Shown: positions 9,549 through 19,100 of the stretch, piece by piece
How the letters are laid out: the number at the start of each line of letters is the position of its first letter
How positions within the stretch are numbered: the first letter of the stretch is position 1
From: a virus
Lineage: Duplodnaviria; Caudoviricetes
IMG/VR virus record: IMGVR_UViG_3300042522_001179
Span: 183 to 64,182 of that record
Length of the DNA stretch: 64,000 nucleotides
Direction: 5' to 3' (one strand)
Notes under the pieces: generated by a model
Told to the model about the DNA's origin: nothing
Seen by the model: the letters and a program-made list of their open reading frames with translations, nothing else
Database searches by the model: none
Made by a program: the position numbers and the translations under genes

Positions 9549-11075
9549 GTGCCTTCTTATCTTCATCTTGCTTACAGGCGTAACGCACGTGTTGCCTCCA
9601 AGAATTACAAAGTAAGAGAAAATAAGAACGAGGATTCACTCCAGCGTGCACGGGATGACTTCGGTTACTTTTGCGAGTACGTAGCCGATAAACCTCCAGC
9701 GGAACATCACAAGGAGTGGCACCGCAAGTTTGTAACAGATCAAGATAGCTCCTGTCTAATCAAGATTGCTGGCCCTAACGTTGACCTGCTTGCTCCTCGT
9801 GGCTCAGCAAAAAGTACAGTGCTCGGCCTGTTGACAGCCTGGGCCATTGGGATCCATACAACTGCCAAGCTTCCTCTTCAGATTCTTTACCTTTCTTACA
9901 CCGTTGATATTGCACGTTCTAAGTCTGCAACCATCAAACGAATCATTGAAAGTAAGCGATATCAAGAAGTTTTTCCAACAGTACGCCTTCTTAAAAACGT
10001 AACCAGTAATGAGTATTGGTCTATTGACCATAAGTTTGCTGGTATTGACGTAACGGGTGACGAGCAATTCACACTCTGTGCGGCAGGCTTGAAAGGTTCA
10101 GTGACCTCTAAGCGTTCGCACCTGGTGATGATTGATGACGCCATCAAATCAGCCGCTGATATTGCAAACCCTGACATCAGAAAAATGATGCAGGACAACT
10201 GGAACGCGGTGATTGCACCAACGATGTTTGAAGGGGCACGCGCCATCTGCCTTGGTACTCGCTTCAGACATGATGACATTCACTCCACCACGTTCAACGA
10301 ACAAAACAATTGGCAGCAGATTATTCTGTCTGCAATTCACAATGATCCCAAGACTGGTGAGGAGATGTCCTATTGGCCAGAGATGTGGTCATTGGAGTAT
10401 CTAAAAGAGAAGAAACGACAGGCACCTATTGCTTTTTCCTTCCAGTACATGAATCAAATTATCAGGCAAAACGAACTGTCGTTGGCACCTGAATTGATTG
10501 TCAAGGCTGAAATCTCTACAGAGTTTGATGCTCTTGGTATTGGCGTTGACTTGTCTGCTGGCATCAAGGAAAAGAACGATTACACAGTTATGATTCTTGG
10601 TGGTCGCATTGGCGACCGCATCCATATTATTGATTACCGACGTATTCGCGTAATGGGTAATTTGGAAAAACTAGATGCTATGAAGGAGCTTCTCAATGAT
10701 TGGTCTATTCTTGGTCGTGATGACGGTGGCAATTACTTCCCTACTTATTCAACTTGCGATATATGGTCCGAAGCTGTTCAATACCAAGCATCGCTAGAAG
10801 CAGATTTCAAACGTGTTTGCTTAAGCAATGAAGGACTGTATAACTTAATCTGGCACCCCGTCAAAGGATTCCGCGCAGATAAGTTGGCACGTTTCCGTGG
10901 GATTATTGGTATGTTTGAAGACCGAAAGATTATCTTTAATCGCTACCGTAATTTCACTGCAATGTTTGAAGAGCTAACTAACTTTGGCGTTAGTAGTCAC
11001 GATGACTGTGTTGATGCGTTAGTGTGGCTGGTCACAGGTCTTGCACGCAAAGGTCAATTGCAACTTGATTACTAA
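9549..11075 (+). CDS. terL: terminase large subunit
   Basis: Walker A-like APRGSAKS, Walker B LVMIDD, coupling motif GTR, RNase H-like nuclease GIGVDLS...NDYT...HDDCVDAL. Confidence 0.95.
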   Translation: MPSYLHLAYRRNARVASKNYKVRENKNEDSLQRARDDFGYFCEYVADKPPAEHHKEWHRKFVTDQDSSCLIKIAGPNVDLLAPRGSAKSTVLGLLTAWAIGIHTTAKLPLQILYLSYTVDIARSKSATIKRIIESKRYQEVFPTVRLLKNVTSNEYWSIDHKFAGIDVTGDEQFTLCAAGLKGSVTSKRSHLVMIDDAIKSAADIANPDIRKMMQDNWNAVIAPTMFEGARAICLGTRFRHDDIHSTTFNEQNNWQQIILSAIHNDPKTGEEMSYWPEMWSLEYLKEKKRQAPIAFSFQYMNQIIRQNELSLAPELIVKAEISTEFDALGIGVDLSAGIKEKNDYTVMILGGRIGDRIHIIDYRRIRVMGNLEKLDAMKELLNDWSILGRDDGGNYFPTYSTCDIWSEAVQYQASLEADFKRVCLSNEGLYNLIWHPVKGFRADKLARFRGIIGMFEDRKIIFNRYRNFTAMFEELTNFGVSSHDDCVDALVWLVTGLARKGQLQLDY

Positions 11076-11113
11076 TTCTAAAATAAATAAAGAAAAATCA
11101 AAACTTTATACCA

Positions 11114-11407
11114 GTGGGTCCTGAATATCTCGCCCTTGGCCTAACAGCTCTTGTCTCCGCATTTACCGGGGGTAGCTGGGTGGCCAATAAAATACTAGAC
11201 CGTCAACAAGAGCGTCTTCAAGGTGCTCACGACTATATCGGTTCACAAAAAAGAAGGATTGATATTTTGGAAGATCAAATCAATCGCATGCCTTTGGAGT
11301 ATGTATTGAAAGTTGACTTCCTCAGAGAAATCAAAGAAATGCATGATAACTTTAAGCAGATCAACAATAAGCTTGATAAGCTAATGGAAAAGCTTTTGGA
11401 AAAATGA
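11114..11407 (+). CDS. membrane-anchored coiled-coil protein
   Basis: N-terminal TM helix then coiled coil ending INNKLDKLMEKLL. Confidence 0.65.
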   Translation: MGPEYLALGLTALVSAFTGGSWVANKILDRQQERLQGAHDYIGSQKRRIDILEDQINRMPLEYVLKVDFLREIKEMHDNFKQINNKLDKLMEKLLEK

Positions 11408-11586
11408 GTTACATCTTGGAGGTCCAGGAGGACGAAAACGGAGATCAATACATCACGCTACCCGATGAGGTTGTTGACGAGCTTGGCTGGCAGGAAGGGG
11501 ATATTCTCAACTGGGACGTAAAAGGAAATGGAATCATTCTGCATAAAGTCAACGATTGCTCTGGTTACGAAGTAATAGAAGAGTAA
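11404..11586 (+). CDS. AbrB/MazE/SpoVT-like DNA-binding protein
   Basis: YITLPDEVVDELGWQEGDILNW matches the swapped-hairpin pattern. Confidence 0.75.
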   Translation: MSYILEVQEDENGDQYITLPDEVVDELGWQEGDILNWDVKGNGIILHKVNDCSGYEVIEE

Positions 11587-11609
11587 AATAGAAGCAAAGA
11601 GAGATTCAG

Positions 11610-11960
11610 ATGTCTTATCAAGTGGTAAAAGGCGAAAGTAACGTTCCCGGGGCAGCTGGTAACTTAAGGCCCGGCGGCTTACTGGCAGCTGGTATTCCCG
11701 TTGGACAAGACCCGCGCCTTCCCATGTCCCAGGCAGATTTTCAGCATTATATGGGCGGAGTAAAACTAGACCGTCTTCTGGGACCCATTCAAGAGCAGCG
11801 GGGCCTTCAGCGATTTCACGAGATAATGCGGCAAGGTGTCCCCGGTGCTTCCATGCCTGGAGGGGGAGGAACGCCTATGGGTAATGCTGGTTTTTACATG
11901 GGCCCTCAGCTTGGGCAAATGACACCACCTGCTGGGTTCCAGAACAAAACAGTTTCTTGA
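11610..11960 (+). CDS. hypothetical Gly/Pro-rich protein
   Basis: ATG with TAAAAT box at 11584. Confidence 0.6.
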   Translation: MSYQVVKGESNVPGAAGNLRPGGLLAAGIPVGQDPRLPMSQADFQHYMGGVKLDRLLGPIQEQRGLQRFHEIMRQGVPGASMPGGGGTPMGNAGFYMGPQLGQMTPPAGFQNKTVS

Positions 11961-11995
11961 TTTATTGTTAGTATTACTAAAACAGAGGAGCAATA

Positions 11996-14314
11996 GTGGC
12001 TGACGCTGTAAGTCGACTTAAGGAAATCATTAATTCTTATCTTGAAAAAGATGGGAGCGTTGGCGTCGACACAGGTATCATTGCTTCTCATATTGCGCAG
12101 ATGAAACTTTTTGGCATTCGCCAAGGGGTTGAATTTTTCCCATCTCAAGATAACTTTGGTGCACAACGCAAAGATTTTATCGACCGCGTACTGAAGTACA
12201 ACAAGATGGATATCCGCCTGGATTCCATTTGGGAATACTTTTTGTGTGACGGAAAGGGTCTTTTTTACATCCGTCCCACCAAATTTAACTACCGTCTCTA
12301 TTACTTCCGCGCTCACGAATATCGCTCGTATTACAACGTAGATGGTGAGCTAGATGAAGTGGTCATCATCTACAGCTATAAAGTCCGCAAGGGCTTTGGG
12401 TTGAATGACACGATCAACATTAAGAGCATCACTGGCTCGGCTGTAACAGGCGATCAGGGTGCAAAGCGCTACATTAGACTTTCCATTAAAGCCGACGAAA
12501 TTGAAGAAACCCATTCGGAAGGTGAAATGTCATTTGACATGCCCTCCTATGCGGTACCAGGGAAAACTAAAACGTTTAAAAATACATTAGGTTTTATTCC
12601 TTGCGTTGAGATCTTTAATAACCCAAAAGGTTTCTCTACGGAAGGCGTTGGCGACTTTGATTCAATGGCCAACCATATCATCATTCACGATGAAATGGTT
12701 CGTACGATGCGTAAGAACGTACAGTTCTTTGGTAACCCAACATTGCTTTCGTCACGTCCTAAGACGGACCTTATGGAAGCTGGAGGTGATACCACTATTC
12801 AGCGTCCATCTATTGCAGCAAACTCTGGCTTCAATAGTCCCAGTGCATTAAGCCGGTCGACGTTTAAGTCTGATCCAATTAGTCGTGGAGTTGACGGTAC
12901 CATCCGCGTACCACGCGTCATTGCCAACCTGGAGCCAAATGACCGTGTTGGGTACATCGTCCCAGATGCTATCACTGGTGACCAAAATGCATTTGCACGT
13001 CAGTACCGAGAAGAGATTCGTACTGCTCTTGGCGGTGTTGATGAACTTTCAATTTCTGCTGGTGTAACGGCAACTGAATACAAGTCGTTGTTTGGACGTG
13101 TTTCTGCAACTTCAAAGAAAAAAGCAAATGCTATTTATACTCATGGCATTTGTCGTTGCCTTGAATTAATTATTTATCAAGAAGAGCAACTTTTCAAAAA
13201 CACCCTGGCACAAGCAGCCGGACTTGAGAAGCCTGTTTCACCTTCCAAAGACTCATCTGAAGAAGAAGTTGCTGCATATGAAGATGCACTTAAGCAGCAC
13301 AACGATAAAGTTAAACAGTTAATGATGGCTTGTGTTCAGGCTCAACAGATTCCGCCTGGAGTTATGGGCTTGATTCCTGACGGGGATGTCACAATGTTGT
13401 GGCGCTGGTTAGGTCCTGTGTACGAAGATTCGACACAAGATATTCTCAACAACTCCATCGTGGTACGAAATCTGCAAGAATTAGGTGTTGATAGCATTGA
13501 AGCACTGAAATACCTCTTCCCGTCTAAGACGGATGAGGAACGGGCCGAGATGTTATCTGGGTTCCCGTTCAGGATGGTTAACGAATTGCAGAGTGCTTAC
13601 TCTCAGTTTGCCAAGCTAGTGGGGGGAATGATGCAGACGCCCCACCCGCAATCACCGGATCTTCCGATGGCTGCGGATCCAAGATTGGATTTAACCCCGT
13701 ATCTGTATCGAACGTTAGAAGCTTTACAAAAGGAGATGAGTTATGCAGGACGCTACCGTCCAGTCGATCCCACAGATGAGCCCCGCACAGCCGTCAGTAG
13801 CCCCGAGCAGCTACGTGACAGCAGCGGCTCCGGCGCCCAGCAGCTACCAAGCGGCTCCGGTGGCGTACCAAGTGGGGACCGCTTACCCCCAAGCGATTCC
13901 TCAAGCGAATATCAGCTACCAATCCGCCCCTATTCAGTACGCCCCCCAATCCCAACCGGCGGAAGCACCGGCGGGGAATCCTTGGGAATCGGCGTTCAAC
14001 AAGGTGGTGAACCTGCTGAGCGCACCAGTTCAATCCCCGTTCCAGGGTCAACCGTCAGCTCCGACGACCTATACCCCGGCCAATTACGGACAAGCCCAAA
14101 GCCCGGCTACTTGGAACTCGGCAGCCCCGACCTCATTAACCAGCCCGGCCTCATCGCCCAGCTATTCCCAAACTTCGTCGAGTCCTTCCTTAGCGGACGT
14201 GGCGGACTACCTGGGTCTGAGCCAGGAAAGCCGAGTAGTGATCGACGCGTACGGGGTGGAAGCTCCGGCCCTGCTAAACCAGTACGCCCTTCAACTCGAA
14301 GGAATGCTCGATAG
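11996..14314 (+). CDS. portal protein with a long low-complexity C-terminal extension
   Basis: GAGGAG RBS; position between terL and scaffold/capsid; NTLGFIPCVEIFN and FFGNPTL segments resemble SPP1-type portals. Confidence 0.8.
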   Translation: MADAVSRLKEIINSYLEKDGSVGVDTGIIASHIAQMKLFGIRQGVEFFPSQDNFGAQRKDFIDRVLKYNKMDIRLDSIWEYFLCDGKGLFYIRPTKFNYRLYYFRAHEYRSYYNVDGELDEVVIIYSYKVRKGFGLNDTINIKSITGSAVTGDQGAKRYIRLSIKADEIEETHSEGEMSFDMPSYAVPGKTKTFKNTLGFIPCVEIFNNPKGFSTEGVGDFDSMANHIIIHDEMVRTMRKNVQFFGNPTLLSSRPKTDLMEAGGDTTIQRPSIAANSGFNSPSALSRSTFKSDPISRGVDGTIRVPRVIANLEPNDRVGYIVPDAITGDQNAFARQYREEIRTALGGVDELSISAGVTATEYKSLFGRVSATSKKKANAIYTHGICRCLELIIYQEEQLFKNTLAQAAGLEKPVSPSKDSSEEEVAAYEDALKQHNDKVKQLMMACVQAQQIPPGVMGLIPDGDVTMLWRWLGPVYEDSTQDILNNSIVVRNLQELGVDSIEALKYLFPSKTDEERAEMLSGFPFRMVNELQSAYSQFAKLVGGMMQTPHPQSPDLPMAADPRLDLTPYLYRTLEALQKEMSYAGRYRPVDPTDEPRTAVSSPEQLRDSSGSGAQQLPSGSGGVPSGDRLPPSDSSSEYQLPIRPYSVRPPIPTGGSTGGESLGIGVQQGGEPAERTSSIPVPGSTVSSDDLYPGQLRTSPKPGYLELGSPDLINQPGLIAQLFPNFVESFLSGRGGLPGSEPGKPSSDRRVRGGSSGPAKPVRPSTRRNAR

Positions 14315-14747
14315 CGCCGTAGCCTGGGGCCACCGCGCACAAAATCTGATTGCTGGTTATGCCGACTATGCAGTCAACGCACACAACCTGCTTGCCGGTT
14401 ATGCCGACTTTGCAGTTGCTGAGCATACCGAAAATCTGGCTTACAACGAAATCCTGACCAACCCTGACGTTCTTAGCGATTACACGCTGAAGTTCTTTGG
14501 TCCTGAGGGTCCGTACCCCGTGTACGAAAATGAAGCTCAACTGGCAACCCGTGGTTATCCCACCGCTCCGGTTCAAGCTAACTACGGCAACTTCCCCGCT
14601 CCTCCTTCTGCTGCTGCTCCTCAGCAACCTGAAAACTTCTGGGGCAGCTTTAAGCAACAAATGGATACGAGCCCTGAAAATGCTTGGCGTCTTCTGAACT
14701 ACGCCCAGCCCAACGTGGTTGCAAACAAACTGTTTGTGATGGAGTGA
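13743..14747 (+). CDS. putative capsid scaffolding protein
   Basis: AAGGAG RBS before ATG 13743; Pro/Ala/Gln-rich; upstream of the major capsid gene. Confidence 0.7.
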   Translation: MQDATVQSIPQMSPAQPSVAPSSYVTAAAPAPSSYQAAPVAYQVGTAYPQAIPQANISYQSAPIQYAPQSQPAEAPAGNPWESAFNKVVNLLSAPVQSPFQGQPSAPTTYTPANYGQAQSPATWNSAAPTSLTSPASSPSYSQTSSSPSLADVADYLGLSQESRVVIDAYGVEAPALLNQYALQLEGMLDSAVAWGHRAQNLIAGYADYAVNAHNLLAGYADFAVAEHTENLAYNEILTNPDVLSDYTLKFFGPEGPYPVYENEAQLATRGYPTAPVQANYGNFPAPPSAAAPQQPENFWGSFKQQMDTSPENAWRLLNYAQPNVVANKLFVME

Positions 14748-14751
14748 GGCA

Positions 14752-15294
14752 ATGCGCCCTCTTCTTAAGTACGGTGTGCCTGCCGCTGCTGGTTTAGCAA
14801 CTGGTGGGTACGCCCTTTCTCAAGGTGAAGATCCAGGCTCTGCTGTACTCGCCGCAGGTGCCGGTGCTCTTGGCGGTGCGGCTGGCTTACTTGGAGCTCG
14901 TCTAGCTGGTAAATATTCCCCTGGACTGGTTTCCAAGGTTCAAGATTCCGCATTGCTTCCTTTGGCTGAAAAAATGGAGCAAGCGGCTGAACGAATTCCT
15001 AGTAAATCAGGAATTCGCTCTGGTCTAATGCAGGCAGCTTTCACTCCTGTCGAAAGAGCTGCAAATGTTGTTTTGAAGCCATCTCAAGAAAGGATGGCAG
15101 GTAAGATTGCCGCTGCAGGTTTAGTACCGGCTTCTGCACTTGCTGCTGGCCTAGGTGGCACTGCGCTTGGTGCTATCCCTGGCGCAATGGGTATCCCTGG
15201 TTTCCAGCAACAACAGTACGTGGATCCTGAACAATATGGCTCAAGTAACACGATGGGTGCACGTGCATCCACGACTACAGCGCAGTACATGTAA
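14752..15294 (+). CDS. Gly/Ala-rich hydrophobic protein
   Basis: GAGG RBS; glycine-zipper-like segments. Confidence 0.65.
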   Translation: MRPLLKYGVPAAAGLATGGYALSQGEDPGSAVLAAGAGALGGAAGLLGARLAGKYSPGLVSKVQDSALLPLAEKMEQAAERIPSKSGIRSGLMQAAFTPVERAANVVLKPSQERMAGKIAAAGLVPASALAAGLGGTALGAIPGAMGIPGFQQQQYVDPEQYGSSNTMGARASTTTAQYM

Positions 15295-15395
15295 TTGAAT
15301 AAATTACGGCCTGCTAAAATTTGTGTTAGATAAGACATATAAATGTCTGAATCTTTCACCCGATAAATTCCTGCGACACTGGAGGATAAAGTAAA

Positions 15396-16565
15396 GTGTT
15401 CATTGATAACGACTTTCCAAAGATTTTGGGCGCGGAACTCTACCGTCCCCACCCTGCGTACATCGCTGAGATGGCAGTGGAGCCTGTGGTTGTCCACGAC
15501 TTCACTCGTCAGCCTGGTCAAACCGTCCAGTTAGACCGCTACAAGTTCTGGGGTACCCCTGGTACTAAGGACAGCCGTGAGCGTATTGCCGACCAAACCA
15601 TCGGTACCGCTAATAGCCGTAACATCACCAAGGAAAAAGTTCTGGTGGTGCTTAAGGAATACACCGGTCCTGCGGACCCCGGCGATCCCACCCAGCCCAG
15701 CACTTTTAAAATTGCTCGGGAGACGTTGATCACCGCTCAGCGCCTGCTGCTGGACTCTGGGAACCTTAACATGTTCCACCAGTCCATCGGTAGCCTGACG
15801 CTGCTTGATGACTACCGTCGTTGGCGCGACCGCGTCTTTATTGACGAACTGGCCAAAGCCGAAGCTAACGGTGTTGCTTCCTCTACCCAAGGTGGTTACT
15901 ACTTCCCCGGCGGTAAAGTTAAGGACGCCTCTGGTCGTGTATCCTACACCCAGGCTCAGTACGAAGCTCAAGTGCAACAGTTCCAGGTGCGTACCGACCT
16001 GCTGACCGTTGTTAAGGATCTGCGTAAGCGCAACGTGCCGACCTTCGCTGATGGTCTGTATCGTTGCATTTGCGATCCTACTTTCATGATGCACCTGCGT
16101 CGTGACCCCGACTTCCGTGAGATCGCTCGTTACTCTGGTAACCCCGGCCAAGGCATGTACATGGGCAACCCCATGCTGCCTAACAACGCCAGCTTCTACC
16201 AGGGCCCCCAAGCCGGCCAAGGTTACTTCCTGGCTGGTGAACCTGTCATGCCCACCGGCGTGCAGTTTGAAGGCGTCAAGTTCTTCGAGTCGACCAACTT
16301 CCCGACCAAGAGCATCACTGCTGACCTTAACATTGGCGGTAGCTCCAACTACACTTCTTACGAAGTTGCTCAGGGTTACTTCTTCGGTCCTCAGGCCATT
16401 GGCGTGGGTATCGGCGGCCCCAATGCTCAGGTGCTGATTAACAACAACGACGACTTCAGCCGTTTTATCATCCTGATTTGGCAACTGTACGCTGGCTTCG
16501 AGATCCTGAACAAAGATTTCGTGACCACCGCCTTCAGCTTCCTGCAAGACGACGGCATCATCTGA
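15396..16565 (+). CDS. major capsid protein
   Basis: GGAGG RBS; strong C-ending codon bias of a highly expressed gene; DFTRQPGQTVQL and YRCICDP...L..DPDF patterns of HK97-fold capsids; position after scaffold. Confidence 0.9.
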   Translation: MFIDNDFPKILGAELYRPHPAYIAEMAVEPVVVHDFTRQPGQTVQLDRYKFWGTPGTKDSRERIADQTIGTANSRNITKEKVLVVLKEYTGPADPGDPTQPSTFKIARETLITAQRLLLDSGNLNMFHQSIGSLTLLDDYRRWRDRVFIDELAKAEANGVASSTQGGYYFPGGKVKDASGRVSYTQAQYEAQVQQFQVRTDLLTVVKDLRKRNVPTFADGLYRCICDPTFMMHLRRDPDFREIARYSGNPGQGMYMGNPMLPNNASFYQGPQAGQGYFLAGEPVMPTGVQFEGVKFFESTNFPTKSITADLNIGGSSNYTSYEVAQGYFFGPQAIGVGIGGPNAQVLINNNDDFSRFIILIWQLYAGFEILNKDFVTTAFSFLQDDGII

Positions 16566-16596
16566 TAACAATAAATAAATTACTTAGGAGAAATAA

Positions 16597-17394
16597 ATGA
16601 CCTATTTATCTTCCAAAAAAATCTACCCGGGTAACTGGGCAGAGCCTCTGAACGGTTGGTACAAGAACATTGATGCTTCTGCTGATGGCGTCAATGATGG
16701 TTCCAAGGGCGGCCCCACTTCGGTGCTGGCTACCCCTGGCTACCGTTATTTCCAGCAGCGTGGTTACGTGGCCGTTACCGCCACCTCTGGCACTCCTGTT
16801 GCTACCGGCAACGTGATCATTCCTTCGCCTTACCGCCAGGATGACACCCGTACCGACATCACTGGCATGGTGATCTCTGGTACCACCGTCCAGCCTTCTT
16901 TTGTGTATCGCACCGCCATCTCCGTTGCTTCTGGCTGGGGTGATGGTCGCGTGGCTTCCGGTGTGTATGCCGCCACTGGTAACATCATCTCCTTCGGTCG
17001 CGACTCCAGCGGCCCCACTGCCGCTTCTGGCGTTGGCGAAGGCGTGATTCAAGCCAACCTGACCTCCACTGTGTCTGGTGACGCCGCCACCAAGATTTAC
17101 TTCGCTGGTGGTAACCAAGCCTTTGGTACCAATCCGTTCATCACTACTACCGGCGCTCCTGGCGTCTCCGGTGGTGTGTGCTACTACGCTGCTACCACTG
17201 GCGTCACTCTGAAAGTGTTTGCCAAAGGTGCTGCTAACGACACCTCTACTTCCGGTGGTTTCTACATCTCGACCGCTGATGCTGCTGCTGGCCGCACTGG
17301 TTATCTGGTTGTGGAAGTGTGCTACATCCAGCCTGATGATGCCCCTGGTTATGAGGACATCGATGGCTACCTGACTGGCCGCACTGTTAGCTGA
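16597..17394 (+). CDS. virion structural protein (capsid decoration-like)
   Basis: AGGAG RBS; same high-expression codon bias; beta-rich Gly/Thr/Ala composition; directly after the capsid gene. Confidence 0.7.
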   Translation: MTYLSSKKIYPGNWAEPLNGWYKNIDASADGVNDGSKGGPTSVLATPGYRYFQQRGYVAVTATSGTPVATGNVIIPSPYRQDDTRTDITGMVISGTTVQPSFVYRTAISVASGWGDGRVASGVYAATGNIISFGRDSSGPTAASGVGEGVIQANLTSTVSGDAATKIYFAGGNQAFGTNPFITTTGAPGVSGGVCYYAATTGVTLKVFAKGAANDTSTSGGFYISTADAAAGRTGYLVVEVCYIQPDDAPGYEDIDGYLTGRTVS

Positions 17395-17432
17395 TTAGGT
17401 TAATATAAGACCAGAGAGAAAATCTGGTCTTT

Positions 17433-17846
17433 ATGATTCTTCATCAGCATAAAAAAACAGGCGCTCGCGTCAAGATTGTAAGTGAATGGGACAATGGCGA
17501 TTGGTTCATGGTCGAAGATCAGGACGGTCGCCTTTACACTGCTTACAAAACCGAACTTATCCCTGACGAGCAGGCTACTAAAAAAGTGACTGCTCTTCAA
17601 GTCAAAGATAAGGCGGCACAAGAAGAGCCACGGACCTTCCCCCCAGACCACCGTTTGAATATCAACTCGGCCACCGCCCAAATGATCGCAGATCATATTA
17701 AAGGCATTGGACTGAAGACTGCCCGAGAGATCAAAGATCTACAGATGTCCTTATCGGGTGAGAGATTTAACAGCCTCGAGCAGTTAAAGCAAATCAAAAG
17801 GGTTGACTGGGATTCCGTACTTGCTGCCGACCTAGTCCGCGTTTAA
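17433..17846 (+). CDS. helix-hairpin-helix (ComEA-like) DNA-binding protein with SH3-like N-terminus
   Basis: LNINSATAQMIADHIKGIGLKTA...FNSLEQLKQIKRV. Confidence 0.8.
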   Translation: MILHQHKKTGARVKIVSEWDNGDWFMVEDQDGRLYTAYKTELIPDEQATKKVTALQVKDKAAQEEPRTFPPDHRLNINSATAQMIADHIKGIGLKTAREIKDLQMSLSGERFNSLEQLKQIKRVDWDSVLAADLVRV

Positions 17847-17860
17847 CTTATCTCCTATTA

Positions 17861-17885
17861 GCCCCTGGGAAACCAGGGGTTTTTT
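17861..17885 (+). terminator. Rho-independent terminator
   Basis: GCCCCTGG-gaaa-CCAGGGGT followed by a T-run. Confidence 0.9.
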
Positions 17886-17912
17886 AGTCTTAAAATTAAA
17901 AATAAAAGAATA

Positions 17913-18587
17913 ATGGCAGGCATTTCATTCTTAGGAAATATTGGCAGTACCGGAACCTCCACTGGTCCCCATGGTCATATATACGTAAGAGATCTTGGTA
18001 CGGGAAAACACATTGACCCAAGTACTATTCGCAGTGCATTAACTGGTTTACGTATTGGCGAGCAAAGGGTTCCTGCAATTATCAAAAATGAGAAAGGGCA
18101 ATTAGTTTTAAATCCAGCTTCCAACGTAGCTGTTACATCTAAATTTGGTCCTCGCACCGCACCTACTGCTGGGGCATCTTCTTTCCACCAAGGGGAAGAC
18201 TGGGCCCTTCCCGAAGGAACGCCTGTATACATGGAAGGTGCAGGCAAATTTACACCTCTTGCTAACCAAGGGGGTTACGGAAATCTGGCAACATTTAAAA
18301 CGGGAGATAACAAATACGAAGTTGGTATTGGACACATGGCAAGCCTTGGCAAGGCTGCCGAATTTGCAAGTAATCAAACGCCAACGTCCAACGCACAAAA
18401 CACTGGATCCAATATGGATTCTTTTGTGCAAGCCATGATGTATGGGGCATCCCTGGTACAACCCAAACAAAAGACTTTACAACAATCAATGTTTGAACAA
18501 ATGGCAGCTTCTGCCATGGCCCCTAGACGTAGCTTGGCTCAAGAAATGTTGGAACAATACATCAACTCAAATCCCTACCAAGGTTAA
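17913..18587 (+). CDS. M23/LytM-type peptidase, circularly permuted
   Basis: GSTGTSTGPHGH at N-terminus; FHQGEDW, GGYGN and IGHM motifs downstream. Confidence 0.75.
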   Translation: MAGISFLGNIGSTGTSTGPHGHIYVRDLGTGKHIDPSTIRSALTGLRIGEQRVPAIIKNEKGQLVLNPASNVAVTSKFGPRTAPTAGASSFHQGEDWALPEGTPVYMEGAGKFTPLANQGGYGNLATFKTGDNKYEVGIGHMASLGKAAEFASNQTPTSNAQNTGSNMDSFVQAMMYGASLVQPKQKTLQQSMFEQMAASAMAPRRSLAQEMLEQYINSNPYQG

Positions 18588-18636
18588 GTTTTAAGGGATT
18601 CTTTGCATTTATAATTGAAAGATACGCAAGTTAGAA

Positions 18637-19098
18637 GTGCAGTTATCTGACTTTGACAAAAGTAGGGTCAGGTATCACCTGGGCTATTTCACGGTCTCTG
18701 TTCCGGCGGGCGATTACGCACGTCTGGAAGAGGCCCTGAACACTGTCCCGGATTCGTACTTCTACGATAAAATCACAATTCAAATTGGCCGTTGTGATAC
18801 CGCCGAGAAAAAGACTGAGGTTGCCACCTCGCCTTCTACTCGACTTGAAAGTATTGCTGGCGACGTTGACCGTACTATTCGGTCGAGTAATGCCAAGGAA
18901 GCGTTAAAAGTTTGGGATGAGATTTATCTCTACGAAACAAATCGTTTGGCTGGCATTCTTTACGTCCCTAACTACAAGGATCCGTTCCAGGCTCGTTACC
19001 GTTACGAACGCTCTGGTGCTGAATTTATCCAGGCATTACCTGGCCCTGCCGACACAGCTGTTGGCTCACGTCTTTATTTACATGAGGTTTGGAGGTAA
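18637..19098 (+). CDS. putative head-tail adaptor/head completion protein
   Basis: 153-aa helical protein (DKSRVRYHLG) in the structural module; positional inference. Confidence 0.5.
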   Translation: MQLSDFDKSRVRYHLGYFTVSVPAGDYARLEEALNTVPDSYFYDKITIQIGRCDTAEKKTEVATSPSTRLESIAGDVDRTIRSSNAKEALKVWDEIYLYETNRLAGILYVPNYKDPFQARYRYERSGAEFIQALPGPADTAVGSRLYLHEVWR

Positions 19099-19100
19099 TT

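Noticed and set aside
11404-11960. AbrB/MazE gene as the antitoxin of a type II TA pair
   Set aside because: Neighbouring ORFs show no MazF, PIN or Doc features
15531-17118. Long antisense ORFs (346 aa and 170 aa) opposite the capsid and decoration genes
   Set aside because: Expected by-product of strong codon bias in highly expressed genes; no initiation signals or recognisable motifs
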